A stretch of DNA of 64,000 nt from Eledone cirrhosa (Eukaryota): NCBI GenBank assembly GCA_964016885.1, contig OZ024740.1:400520001-400584000 (forward strand), written 5' to 3'. Made by a program: the position numbers and the translations under genes. This document shows, in pieces, positions 32,071 through 47,424 of the stretch; within the stretch, counting starts at the first letter, position 1; each line of letters opens with the position of its first letter. Under the pieces are notes generated by a model that made no database searches, had not been told where the DNA came from, and saw nothing but the letters and a program-made list of their open reading frames with translations.

Positions 32071-32541
32071 GTAGAGGAAATAAGTGCACACGAAAAATTA
32101 TAGAGGAAACACATGTAAATGAAATCAATTTACTTTATACCCCTAAATCAAACCACAGGCGTGAGTGTACATCTGTGCGTGTGTACGGGTGGACGTGTGT
32201 ACGGGTGTACGTGTGTACGTGTGTGCGCGTGGACGTGTGTACGGGTGTACGTGTGTACGTGTTTTCAATGTGAGTGTATACATTATGTATATACATATAC
32301 AGTATATATAAATGTAAATACACGCATAACCATGTAAACAAGTATATTTACATATATGCGTATGTATTTGTGTTTAAATAAATATAAATAAGTATGGTAC
32401 TATGAATGTATATATGAGCGTGCGTGAGTGTTCGTTTGAGGGTACATATGTGTATGTGTGTGTGATGGCGATGATTGATATTATGGCGCCATGTAGAATA
32501 ATCAGCTGTCTACAAATAAGAAAAATATTATACATGTATAC

Positions 32542-32592
<51 letters not shown>

Positions 32593-33345
32593 CACACGTA
32601 TATATATATATATGTATGTATGTATGTCCATATATTTATATATATATATATATAAAATGAAATGAGAGGTTCACATGTACATTAAGAACGTGTGTAATTC
32701 TTCCAGGTGCGGGATTAAAGTACTTGAATTAAACTTCAAGTGGGATTAGAGGCGACCAACACTTAACAGCCGTCTCAACCCTTCGAAACGTGCCGGTCAT
32801 AAACGCCGTTAATATCCACAAATGATATCACATTTGATACAAATCAGCCATCCTCCTTTCTCTACAGTATTCACCTACCCTTCATTTCATTTCTACTTTT
32901 CCATTAATCATGTTTTCCATTCTGTGCTTCTTTATCTCCTTCATTGAAATCTTTCGTCCTTCTTTCATTCATTCAATCGTCCTTCCCTTTTTTTTTCTTT
33001 TCTTACTTTTACCACGAAGGCGATCTATCCTTCTTTTCTTTCAGCCTGTCTTTAGATTTCAGTAAATACTTTTCAGCTTTACTTCCTTCATTAGAAAAAT
33101 ATATACTACTCTTATTTAAAACTTTCTTTCTATTTTCTATTTTCTTCGTTTTCTGAAAGATACTTCTGTCGATCTTCCTTTCAATCTTTCTTTGATTCAT
33201 TCATTTTTTAAACTTTTCTTTCATACTGTCTCTTTTTCTTCTTTTTTTACATATTCCATATAAACTGTCTTCTTTTGAATCTTTCTTTTGAATCTTTCAA
33301 TTTTTACTTTCTTTATAATTTTTTCTTTTTTTTCATTAATTTCTT

Positions 33346-33531
33346 GTGGATTGGCAGGATCGGTAGAAGGTCGGACGCCATGCTTTGACGCATAGAGTTA
33401 CGGCCCTTGCCATTCTGAGTTCAAATGCCGCCGAGGTTAACGTTGCCTTTCATCCTTACGGGGTCGTTAAAATAAAGTATCAGTAATGCACTGGGTAATT
33501 GCTGGCCTTGTGCCAAAAAGTAGAAACAATT
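33346..33531 (+). mobile_element. SINE S1
   Basis: Full S1 unit. Confidence 0.9.
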
Positions 33532-34149
33532 AATTTCTTATACATCGCAATATATTTCTGCAGGTGGTTTTCTTTCAATATTTCAATCCTGCATTCATTC
33601 ATTCCATCCTTCTGTCGTATTCGTTTCTTGCCTGTCTTACTGTCTCACAAATGAAAGATATTTTGCCTATCTATCCTTGTTCATTCATTATTTGATTCAA
33701 TTGGTTTCGTTTCTACTTTTGCTTATTTCTGTTAACAGTTTCCTTCTTTCTTTTCATTTACTACTCTCCTGATTTCTTCATTTCGTCTTTCCTTTTTTCC
33801 TTATCTTTACTTCCTAATATTTATTCCTCATTTTCCTCCAGATATTTCTCTACTTATCACATACAAATACATCTGCTTTTTCGTTTAGTCAATTGTTTAC
33901 TTAATTATTCACTCCCGCACAACCCTCCTTTGGCATTTAGTCCTTTTGTTACACAAGTTCCAGTTTATATTTTGTCACTCAATTACAAATTAATTCATTC
34001 CTCATTGCATATGTTAGGGAGTTTGACTCACGAATATAAGTTATTGAGTTCAAATACTGGACCTGATAGTCTGTTGTGCTCTTGGGCCGAACATATAGGA
34101 ACTCTAAGTTGAAAATTCCAAGCTGACTAATATCACTGGTTTAACCAAA

Positions 34150-34460
34150 GCCTTCCGGCTCGTATACGTCCTTTATTCCCTTATGATTTCTCTATCGATA
34201 TTATAGCGGCCTATTTTTTTTGACGTTGACTGCGCTTTTTCATCAACATGCACTGAAGTGCTCTCGACTCACTGGTTTCTCCTCCATTTGTCAACCATCT
34301 GGTGTTGACTAAATTAGGCTCTGCACAAGCTTCTATGCACAGTTCTTCGTTCCCCATAACATCAACCCTCTGGAATTCTTTTCCTACAACGTTCAGCTTG
34401 CACCTGTTAGATATGAGAGCTAATCACGTCGATCTTATCGGTCTCGGGGTGGGTGGGATC
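34150..34460 (+). pseudogene. CR1/L2-like LINE 3' remnant
   Basis: SSFPITSTLWNSFP resembles the CR1/Jockey C-terminal SFFPRT..LWNSLP motif. Confidence 0.45.
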
Positions 34461-34617
34461 TTAGCAGAGGGTATTGGGAAACTAAAAAGAATATTCTTTC
34501 AAACAAACACTCATTCAAAATATACAATTATTTCCTTATACGCACAGTCAAATCTCTCAAAGAATAAACTAGTTGGTGTAGGCACTCTTCTCCCCTATTT
34601 CTCTCTCCCTCTTCTTC

Positions 34618-34659
<42 letters not shown>

Positions 34660-35420
34660 CACACACACACACACACACAAGATACACTTTTTACCTGTAA
34701 AAATACGTTATCGTCCAGTTATATACATTCCGTCTTCAATAATCATACAGTTATATGGTAAATAATTTATCTAATTTCCGTACAAATTCTTTATTATTTC
34801 TTTTTGTTCTTACGCTCAGAAAATTATGATAAAGATTTGCCAGAAATTAAATATAATTACAATTTCAATTAAAATGCAATTTCTGCAGACAATATAAAGC
34901 AAGCGCTGCTGATATTGGGTTCAATAATACTATAAGGTTTTATATCTTGATATCTAAAAATACTCTTCAAATCCAATAAAAAATAAACAAATATTATGCT
35001 GAATTAGCTCAACAGAGATGTTTGAACCTTCATTTCAGAAGATTTTCTAATACGAATTACAAACTAAAACCTTCGTTGGCAAATTTAAATGATTTCTAGC
35101 ATAATTTTCTAAACCATTAACCTAATGCTTACAGTCACATATATAATAAAATTACGTGTGCACAGAAAATTCTCTAAACACCCCTCGCATATAAAGCATA
35201 ACCTGATATTTCCTCTAAGTCACCAATGACGCCAGATGTGTTGGTTTCTCATAATTTGTTGCTACCAATATGTTCATTTCATCAATTACGGCAATCTCTG
35301 GAATATTTTGCTTTCAAAACACACACACACACACGCAAACATACACACACACACACGCACACACAAACACACACACACACATACACTCACACACACACGC
35401 ACACACACACACACACACAC

Positions 35421-35451
<31 letters not shown>

Positions 35452-35460
35452 CGCACACTC

Positions 35461-35499
<39 letters not shown>

Positions 35500-35512
35500 T
35501 ATATATATATAA

Positions 35513-36409
<897 letters not shown>

Positions 36410-36904
36410 ATGATATTAATAAATGGAAACAATATTTATAAAACCATATTTATTCTATTATATATATACTAGCAGAAAACTACACTTAGGGTGGTTTTCT
36501 GCTAGCATGTGTAGTGTGTATATTGATATTATACGCAAGTATATATACAAAATCGTATTGACAATATGCACAGAAATTGAACGAAGTAAAGTAATCTATC
36601 ATACATTAAAAAAAGACGATATCATATATAAACTGCATTAGGAGAAAATCAGTGAAATATATGAACGTTTATTTAAGCGATCGCTAACCGGAAGTGTTGA
36701 CATTTGAAATTTTTGAAGAAGTGAATCTTAAAATAAGCAACAATATTATTTATATTTAATCAAGAATAACGAAATCTAGTAGATAAATTATGTAATATTT
36801 ATTCATTATTTATTCAAAGTAATCCAACTTATTTTACAAGCGGGATAACAAAATATATTCTGGACGCAGTCCCGCACTCCTTACTTTATTATAGTTTAGA
36901 TTTC

Positions 36905-37275
36905 AAGGGAACCGAAACTTTGGTACGCACTGATCAGATAGAATACAGAGCTTGCTTTATAAATATTGACATATCCAGGAATGAGATCTTAACGGTTCAA
37001 GTTACACCTGGATAGGTATAACTTGAACCGTTAAGATCTCATTCCTGGATATGTCAATATTTATAAAACAAGCTCTGTATTTTATCTGATGAGTGCGTAC
37101 CAAAGTTTTGGTACCCTAGAAATATATATAATACAATAAATATGGTTTTATAAATATAGTTTCCATTTATTAATATCCTTGATATTATACTCCAGAAACT
37201 TGTCGAGTGCTTCGAATCTGTTATAAATATATATATTTGTTGAAGTACCAACAAATTAAATATCCCTTTGCTTAT
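36905..37275 (+). mobile_element. Fold-back element, family B, with HHR
   Basis: Palindrome centred at about 37010. CTGATGA(37086)-gtacca/tggtac-GAAA(37119). The tail is homologous to the reverse complement of 23047-23200. Confidence 0.85.
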
Positions 37276-37815
37276 AGATATATATTGTTAGTTATATTGC
37301 AATCGTCTTCCATACTGTCTATCATCTATACATTCGACACCTTCCTTTTTATCTCCTCTTCTTTATCACTTTTCTATTTGTGTTTCATCAGTCTCTTTCC
37401 ACGTGTCTTCCCTATAGGTAACATGTACTTCTTGATTGTTCTAGGTACAATTTTCTAACCTATAACATTTTTTCCTGTGATTGGTTTTTGTTGTGTCTGA
37501 TATTACGACCTAGCCAGCTTCGATTTAGTAAGCAGGTAGCTATAATTACAATTAATTTTCATGTTACAGTCTCAGCAGCATGCGCTTTTATTTTCATTAG
37601 GTTATTCGACTCTTTAGTCATCTCGTAGATTATGTTGCCTCTTATTTTTTAGGCAGGTATCAATCTATATTGACTAGCCACTGACATCTCGTCTTGTCTC
37701 TTTGCTTTCAAGCAGTCGCTAGTTTACTTTGACTCAACCAAGTATAGACGGTTGGAGACCTAAATTATGGGATGGTTCTTTGAATTTTGTTTATTTTTTC
37801 TGACATTGTTTTGTT

Positions 37816-37918
<103 letters not shown>

Positions 37919-37930
37919 AAATATATATAT

Positions 37931-38133
37931 ATAGGGAAAAGTACGACCCCGACGGCAGAACTCAAGCCGTTTCGACGGCTATTTCTGGACTCTGAGTCCA
38001 GAAATAGCCGTCGAAACGGCTTGATCTCTGCCGTCGGGGTCATACTTTTTCCTATTTCACACTCTACTACCCTAAGTATTCAGTACTCTGGTGCGTTATG
38101 GTCCATGTGGTTCCTTACCACAATTCCTTTGTT
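37931..38133 (+). mobile_element. Hairpin family A copy
   Basis: ~60-bp inverted arms around 37993, plus an ~80-bp tail, in (TA)n. Confidence 0.85.
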
Positions 38134-38149
38134 ATATATATATATATAT

Positions 38150-38433
<284 letters not shown>

Positions 38434-38581
38434 GTGACAATAAGAATTGTAGCTTTCCGTGAAAATTTATTTCATATTACAATTGTTTCGATATCGATCA
38501 GTTCGGGTATGATCAGGTGATCAGATCCCAACTCTTAGTGGACACTTCTTCACATATGAGAGTTACATATGTATATATATA

Positions 38582-38961
38582 TATTAATAAAAGGAATTCC
38601 AACTTTGTCTGATTTACTCGTTTTATTTACAATCCTTTCAAATTTATAATGGTATTAGAATGAAATAGTATGGTAGAATATTAAATGTTAAGTGTTAATT
38701 GAACAAGTACTTTCATGCTTTCGCAATCTTCAGGTTCATAATGTGTGGTGACAGTCAAGTTTGCAATTTTCAACTGTTGAAATTGCAAACTTGACTGTCA
38801 CCACACATTATGAACCTGAAGATTGCGAAAGCAAGAAAGTACTTGTTCAATTAACACTTAACATTTAATATTCTACCATACTATTTCATTCTAATACCAT
38901 TATAAATTTTAAAGGATTGTAAATAAAACGAGTAAATCAGACAAAGTTGGAATTCCTTTTA

Positions 38962-38967
<6 letters not shown>
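38582..38967. mobile_element. Fold-back element, family C, with a minimal HHR in each arm
   Basis: Near-perfect palindrome centred at about 38775. tgaac-CTGAAGA-ttgcGAAAgcaa-GAAA-gtac-tt-gttca at 38811-38849. Confidence 0.9.
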
Positions 38968-39005
<38 letters not shown>

Positions 39006-40810
39006 TAATTCGTATCCGAGGTTTCATCAACCATATAAATCTCAATTCTAAAACATGCAATTGAGTCATAATATGTGCCCGTGAAAATCAAGGTGCAGGT
39101 GAACTTTTATTCCATCTGACGTAATATTAATGATAACTATAACAATAATAAATATGAAATATATGTAAATGCACACACATAGACTCCACACTTACACACA
39201 CATACATACACACACACACACATATAAATATATACATACGTGCATATGTATATATACATTTATACATACGTACATATACATACATACATACGTACTACGT
39301 ACGTACATATATACATACATACATTCATACATGCATACATACGTACATACGTACGTACGTACGTACATACATGCATACATACATATATGTGTGTAATGAG
39401 TGTAAATGTTTCTTTAGCAATATAAATATTTGTCTTTTGTTATCTATATCATATCGAAAAGAGAAAAAAATGATAGTCAGTTATAGAGAGAAGGGGAATG
39501 AATGGGTGAGAGAGAATGAGTGGGAGATAGAGAGAGGTAGTCAGGGAGAGTTAGAGAGACAGACAGGTTGATTAACAGCTAGTGAGATATAGGGAATTAC
39601 ATCGAAAGAGTATGTCGGTCGGCAAAGTAATGGATTAAGTGCCTGTATGTGTGTATAAATGAGTTTATAGGAAAAAGAATTTTCTAATTTTTGCCATATG
39701 GAATTAGGTAAATATTCCTCTCGTTCTTATAAACCCCCTCCTCCACCGTCTTCAGCGTTACCATTTTGTATCGACACATTCGGATATATTTTATTCGTTT
39801 TGAAGCAGGGTACAAGGTATATCTAGAACTAACGACCAAGCACACACGTACATGCCCAGACACGTAAACATACATATACAAAAATATGCATACATATAAA
39901 CATAAACACATGCACACACACATATATATATACTTAAAACATATAAACTCACACACGCACACAACCACACACATATATTTATACATATTCATTTCGGTAA
40001 ATAAAGACACAAGTGTGTGTGTATGTTTGTGCGTGTGATAGTATGCGCGTGTGTGATTGTTTGCCTGTATGTGAGAGTGTATGCTTGCGGCTACGTGTCT
40101 TATTTGTGTGAAAGACATTTTTTCTGCATATGTGAATATATTTACGTCAAGCAATTGGTATGTGTTTATATGCACACACAAACAATTTTACAGAATACAA
40201 GCTTTTAGTCAGGAATATATATGTGTTAACAGGAAATAATTTGTACTAAGCCTGGAAGAAGTTTCGAGGAATATTGTAATAAAAAATTATGTTTTGGTGT
40301 ATGTAATACTTAGTCAATATAAGTCACTTATTTGATTGCAAGTTGAGATAACTCGTCGAATGTGGGGTTATCGTATTACAAGCTTGAAAAAAACAAAACA
40401 AAAACACATTTGGATAGAGAGAAAGAGAGATTACAACAGGAAAGAGAAGCCTTTACACAAAATCAGTTAGGAATTCCACACATATTAAGATTCAAGATAC
40501 CTAATTAACATCGGTGCATTAACATAAAGTGGATCAAACTTCCACAGTACCAAAACTACTTGTAGACATTAGCGTCTTCGTGCTAGCAACTATACATATC
40601 TTCAAAAGAGAAGTTATATCAATTTCTAGACATAGGGCTGCAATCATGTATGAATATTTCGAACATAATTCCTTCATTATATAGTAATTTTCTTTTACCA
40701 TCTCTAATCGGAAGCACACCATTACAAACACTTCTAAATTAAAATTATATGAAGTTCAGCAAAGAACCATATAATAACTCCACGTGATATGGATATATAT
40801 ATAAAAACAC

Positions 40811-40987
40811 TGTTTCTACTTTTGGCACAAGGCCAGCAATTATCCCAGTGTATTACTGGTACTTTATTTTATCGACCCCGTGAGGATGAAAGGCAAAGTT
40901 AACCTCGGGGCGATTTGAACTCAGACCGTGAACGAGCGTAACTCTATGCTGCAAAGCATGGCGTCCGACCCTCTGCCAATACTGCCA
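40811..40987 (-). mobile_element. SINE S1
   Basis: S1 reverse complement. Confidence 0.9.
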
Positions 40988-41312
40988 TAAAATAACACCA
41001 ATGGATATGTATTTATTTATGTGTGTTAATTGTGGCCATGTTCTCGGAAATTATATATACTTATACTAAAATAATCGGTTGATTCATATACCTTATACTT
41101 GTAATGTCTTGATATAATATATGAAAAGAAAACAACCTCCAAAATGTCAATATTTTTATCATACGAAGTCTAATTATTGATAAATGAAGCCCTAAAGGGA
41201 ATAAACAGAATTCATAACCAGGACTGTAACACAGGAAATATAACATTCTATCATATTACAATGATATTACTACCATTACGTGAATGCCTCAACCACCAAA
41301 CGAACCCCCCCC

Positions 41313-41356
<44 letters not shown>

Positions 41357-41515
41357 TATTTACGTATCGAGAGAGAGAAAAAAAGGGAGGATAGGTGATA
41401 CATATAGTTATTTGCCAAGTAGCGTATGCCAAAGGTGCTCGATACTAGTGCCGGCAGTATTAAATATTCGAAGTGTTAATATTTAGTGGGCTAGAGATTT
41501 AGCAGAGCGTAAGCA

Positions 41516-44129
41516 CGTGGGAAAGTAAGAAATCGGAGAATAGACCGTTAAAACATGTTGGGCTTCTCAAGGGCATAAATAATCAAAAGTTTTCCTTACA
41601 TTGCTCGGAAAGAGTTTTTGGGGTTAAATCCACGCCATGGTTCATTGCTCGCAAAAATAACTTGTTTTGATTTTGCAGCAGGTCAAGGGAGGTAACTCTG
41701 GCCGGTGTTAGGGCAGTCTTTCCCGGACAATTTTTTTTATTCACTACGAGATGAGGTTACAACCTTACAATTGTCGATACGCATGTAATCAACGCTTATT
41801 TTGAGAGGTTTTTTTTTGCCGCATCTGTTTGTCTGAGTCGTTTGAGGCTGGGTCTGGTATGCAAGGATAGTTTCCTGGGTGTTATTTTGCAGCGCCTGCC
41901 CGCCGGGGTGTTAAGACTTGTTGCAGGGAGATCCGGTGCACGGTTTTACTCCTCATCCTTAACCCATCTGAAGAAGGATATTTTGAAGCAATGTGTACAA
42001 CTTATCGCTGTTTCAGCTCTGCTGTTGATGAGTTCGTGGGGGTGCAGTTATGATGTGGTATAGCTCCTTGAGGCAAATATCACATTTCCTCTTGAAGTTG
42101 TACGGTGCAGCCCTGCCGAAAATATCCCAGTGCGTGGAGAAGCTGATGTTTAAGTCCTTTAGTGATGTGATGTAGTCCGCGAGCGAAGTGGAGTGTCTTA
42201 GTTTTTTATTTGTGAAAGAGTGGAGATGTGTTCGAAACCTAATTTTGAACGGGCCGGAGGTAGCCCCTATATAATGTTTAACGCTATTGTGGCTAGTTAT
42301 AGTGCATCTATATATAACCTATCAGTCAAGCAGTATCCGGCTTTAACCGAGGCATGTCCTACATCCCTAACGCTAGCTCTAGAACCCCCCCTCATAAACG
42401 AACGTTATAGTAAGCCATACCTATAACCAATCACGCGGCGACCTCGTTGATGTCGGATATAATAGAATAGATAACCGCACTAAAGATCACGACCCCGGCG
42501 ACGGTGACCACTGTAGATTACTCGAAATATTCCCCAATTACAAAACCAACAAAGGCGACGGCCTACTACCAACGCCTTCCAACCAACAACTTCCTGTACA
42601 TAAACATGGAAGAGGTAGGAAGGGTGCACCCGAGTATAAAGTGAAAGGGGCACCGAACGGGCGACTGCGCATTAACACACATAAGAGCGATCACCTAGGT
42701 GGAACCACCCGTAGCAAACGTACAAGGACACGTAATCGCCACCGTAACGTCCTATGGTTCCACCCCCCTACTCTCGGAGTGTGGCCTCCAAAATACCCCC
42801 GTTGTTCTTCGAAGCCTTAGTGAAGAACTTCCCGCCCAACCATAGGTATAGAAAAATTCTTAATAGGAACAATATAAAAATATCCTTCTCTACTACTCCT
42901 AACCTAGCAGACAACATAGGAACAACAAACCACAGTAAGATCACAAAGACACAGCACCTCGACACAGATGCACCTACACCTGACAATAACTATATCGGCC
43001 TAAACAATTCCCTGGCAGCATCCAATAGTTTTGGCAACGGCATCCGCAGACGCAACCAGCATAACCGCGAAATGACTGGGGAACATGCAGGATATGACGT
43101 GCGGAATAACAATCGCACCACCCCGCGTGCTGTGGATTGCAATGGTGCTAACGACAGCTGCGATAGCGTGGGTAACAACGTAGGCAGCAACAATGATAGT
43201 CTTACCGTGGGAAATTGACGGAACCGCGACAGAAATTGCCACTGCCGCGACAGAGGACGCTGCCCCCTTAGAGGATACTGCTTGACTGATAGGGTTATAT
43301 ATAGATGCACTATAACTAGCCACAATAGCGTTAAACATTATATAGGGGCTACCTCCGGCCCGTTCAAAATTAGGTTTCGAACACATCTCCACTCTTTCAC
43401 AAATAAAAAACTAAGACACTCCACTTCGCTCGCGGACTACATCACATCACTAAAGGACTTAAACATCAGCTTCTCCACGCACTGAATATTTTCGGCAGGG
43501 CTGCACCGTACAACTTCAAGAGGAAATGTGATCTTTGCCTCATGGAGCTCTACCACATCATAACTGCAACCCACGAGCACATCAACAGCAGAGCTGAAAC
43601 AGCGATAAGTTGTACACATCGCTTAAAAATATCCTTCTTCAGATGGGTTAAGGATGAGGAGTAAAACCGTGCACCGGATCTCCCTGCAACAAGCCTTAAC
43701 ACCCCGGCGGGCAGGCGCTGCAAAATAACACCCAGGAAACTATCCTTGCATACCAGATCCAGCCTCAAACGACTCAGACAAACAGATGCGGCAAAAAAAA
43801 CCTCTCAAAATAAGCGTTGATTACATGCGTATCGACAATGGTAAGGTTGTAACCTCATCTCGTAGCGGATAAAAAAATTTGTCCGGGAAAGACTACCCTA
43901 ACACCGGCCAGAGTTACCTCCCTCGACCTGCTGCAAAATCAAAACAAGCTATTTTTGCGAGGAATGAACCTTGACGTGGATTTAACCCCAAAAACTCTTT
44001 CCGAGCAATGTAAGGAAAACTTTTGATTATTTATGCCCTTGAGAAGCCCAACTGGGCGAAACGTACGTAGGTGCTGATTTAAATAAAAATGTTTTAACGG
44101 TCTATTCTCCGATTTTTTACTTTCCCACG
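41516..44129 (+). mobile_element. 5'-truncated PLE with an ~820-bp inverted copy of its 3' end (41516-42338 vs 43273-44129)
   Basis: PPYSRSV..KNFPPNHRYRKILNRNNIKISFS, CHCR..CPLRGYCL, VIYRC..HYIGAT..FKIRFRTH. HHR variant tgcc-cttgagaa-gcccaactgggc-GAAAC-gtac-GTA-ggtg at about 44034-44073. Confidence 0.9.
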
Positions 44130-44170
44130 AATATATATATATATGTATATATACATATATACGTATATAT

Positions 44171-44373
44171 ATGGGAAAATGTTCAAGACCCCGACGGCAG
44201 AGCTCAAGTCGTTTCGACGGCTATTTCTGTACTCAATAGAAATAGCTGTCGAAACAGCTTGAGCTCTGCCGTCGGGGTCTTGAACATTTTCCTATTACCC
44301 ACTCTACTACCCTAAGTATTGAGTACTCTGGTACGTTATGGTCCCCCTGGTTCCGTACCACACTTCTTTCGTT
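44171..44373 (+). mobile_element. Hairpin family A copy
   Basis: Same architecture and tail as 37931-38133. Confidence 0.85.
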
Positions 44374-44404
44374 GTACGTATATATATATATATATATATA
44401 TATT

Positions 44405-44437
<33 letters not shown>

Positions 44438-45459
44438 GTTTGTGTATGAGCGTGTGTGTGTATAAACATATACACACTTACTAAATATACACGTTACATT
44501 CTCTGATATTCTAACTTCATTGGAGTCTCATAACCTCTACTGTGTTATATTACATTCTCCATAACCATTTGTTTTTCAAGCTCACTCATTCAATGCTTAG
44601 CTTTTCACTCTATTTGATTCAGAAGAAACAACAAACTCAGGAACATTATATCTAACTCTAATGAAGAAATGATATTACAAATGTTATATGTATTACTTTT
44701 TTCTTTCGGTTTTCAAAGAGAACACAAAGACCCCGCAAGTATAAACATAGAAATGGTATTCGATACTTGTATTACAACGTCTCTATTTCTTAACGCGAAG
44801 CTTTTCCACCATCAACTCAAACCCTAATAAAAGATTTCATTTACCAAATATGATTCACCGTACCCGGCTAAAATTCAAATGAATCAATTAAAAATGAACG
44901 AATCTGAAATATAGTCCTGAGCATATATCAGTTAAAATATATTTTTTGCTGCCTTTCAAGGTTATTGTTTTGTTTGTATTTTACTTTATGTTATATTTCA
45001 AATAGCTCTTTAATTAAGTACGAAAATTGTAATAACCTGGGATGAATATGGCTGATTTCATTTTTACATTTTTCGTCGTGTGGCTCTGACAATCAGATAC
45101 TCCATTGTCGTCCAAATCCTCATCATGGAGAACGATCATCAAAAGAAATGGGTTCATTTATGATAACTCACTAACCACACTACTATTATGGCTTGTAGTA
45201 ACTTCCCCCAGCCGTGTATTGAACAATAGTATGTACAGATGACACACAGAATGTCATACTGATGACCTCAAGTCGTTTGTGAAGAGCGTCAACCTGAAGA
45301 GTTAACTATTGACTATGAACAACATAGAAAATACTGATATCACTGACGGCAGTCACATCCATATCTAATGACTTGAGGTCGTCCAGCAAGCGACCATGCT
45401 TCCAAGATGACCTCAGGCCACTAAAATTGAAGCAGTTGCATTTTCGATTTCATCTTTTT

Positions 45460-45554
<95 letters not shown>

Positions 45555-45718
45555 AACGAAGCGAAATCTTATTTCTTTTATATATAATATATATATATAT
45601 TTATATATATACACACAAACTACTGACCAAATAATATTTAGTATCAATGGGTTGAAGACATCTGTCAAATCAATTAGTCGTGAAGGTGGTGTATATATAT
45701 ATATATAGATATATAGAT

Positions 45719-45757
<39 letters not shown>

Positions 45758-45796
45758 GAGTCACTGTGAAAGACGAAAGGTCATTATTGAAAGTCC

Positions 45797-46930
45797 CTGG
45801 ATTTCGCAAAATACATAATCATTTTTATTGGAGAAGGTAAGATATTTTCCCGCAGAAATTTGATTGCACTGTTTTGTTTCCACTAATGTATTTATAGAAA
45901 ATGTTATTTATTCATTATAAAACTTAAATTCTATATATAGGTAGGCTCCCTTCTTCTGGCAACCAATATTTTTAGACCTAGTCTACCACTGTATATATAT
46001 ATATATAAATATAATGCCAATCATTGTAAGTTTGAATCTAACTGACATGCAAAAACATATATATAGGAATAAAGTAAGCCCAAATCATAATAAATTCAAA
46101 TATCACAGAGAAGAGAGGGAGAGCGGGACGGGGAGAGAAAAGAGGTGCAATAGAAATGAAACATGGATTATAGGTTAAAATATAGTCTAGATAGATGAGA
46201 AACAAGACGAGGATGAAGTTTATGGAACTCCCGAATGATTTAGAAGTCGACCTTGGGTAGGAGCAATAACATTAAGAAAGACATGAACGACACCACATCA
46301 TTCTGTTTTGAAAATTTTGGAAGTAGGTTTATAAGTATGAATTTTCATTAGAATTTTATGGTTGTCTCTGTGGCCTAGCGGTAGGTACTAGAGCCGGTGG
46401 AGAATCTGACCTTCGGCTCAATCCTGGTCAAGAGGTACATGTAACCTTTTCCAGTTTTTTATTTTACAACCAATAGAAAAAAATACAGGAAAGGTTTACT
46501 GGAAACCCTACTTCCGACTAGGATCGAACTTCAGACTAGGATCGCCACCATCTAAGATTCCTCCAACTAGGCTACCAAGACAGCTACGAAAGTATAATGA
46601 AAATTGATAATTATAAACCTACTTTCAAAATCAAAGTTAAAAATATGTGGTGTCGTTCATGGCTTTTTCTAAAGCGATTAGTACTATTTAGGGTCGATTT
46701 CAGGTCATGTTTGAATTCTCTGGATTTCGCAAAATACATAATATTTTTTTTATTGGAGAACGTAAGATGTTTTTCCGCAAAAATTTGATTGCACTCTTTT
46801 GTTTCCACATATGTATTTTTCGAAAATGTTATTTATTTCATTATAGAAATTAAATGATAGCATTCTGTATGTAGGTGGGACCCCTTCATCTCCTGGCAAA
46901 CAATATTTTTAGACCTAGTCGGCCATTGTA
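45797..46930. mobile_element. Two direct copies of a putative Tc1/mariner-like transposon end (45797-45991, 46720-46928)
   Basis: ~200-bp diverged direct repeat ending aatatttttagacctagtc..cca(c/t)tg|TA, i.e. a CAGTGG-like terminus at TA. Confidence 0.5.
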
Positions 46931-47375
46931 TGTATATGTGTGTGGATGTGTAGGCCTATTCATGTGTGTGTAAGGGTGTGTTTGTACGTCTCTGTGTTTT
47001 ACATTGTTTCGTTATGTTTAACAAACTTACATGTTGTAAATGGTACAGTTAAATCAAGTAAGACCCGTGTTTCTAATAATGGCGTATTCTATTGTAAGTT
47101 ATGCAAGATACTACTACTAATAGGTTTCTTCATAGGCTGTATGTTGTTACAGATAATGGTTCTCCGTTTCAATTCCTGCGCCTCGCTCCAGTAGATGGAA
47201 TTCATAATGCCGTAATAAAGCTACCCGATGTTCTAACGAATAAGATTGCGCGCACACACACAGGCACACGCACACATATGCATACAGGCACATACATAGG
47301 CAAACAGAAACACACATACACACATACACATATACATATAGACACATACATAGACAAACACAAACACACACACAC

Positions 47376-47424
<49 letters not shown>

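Noticed and set aside
43216-43218. In-frame TGA in the PLE ORF as possible selenocysteine (as reported for Naiad PLEs)
   Set aside because: It lies in a non-conserved Arg/Asn-rich linker and is simply explained by CGA>TGA decay. The copy has other lesions, the endonuclease is C-terminal, and no SECIS was recognised.
45130-45432. Possible coding exon
   Set aside because: Looks like tiny LINE scraps: a DDLK-like RT remnant, and 45368-45432 matches the LINE endonuclease start near 18280-18340.
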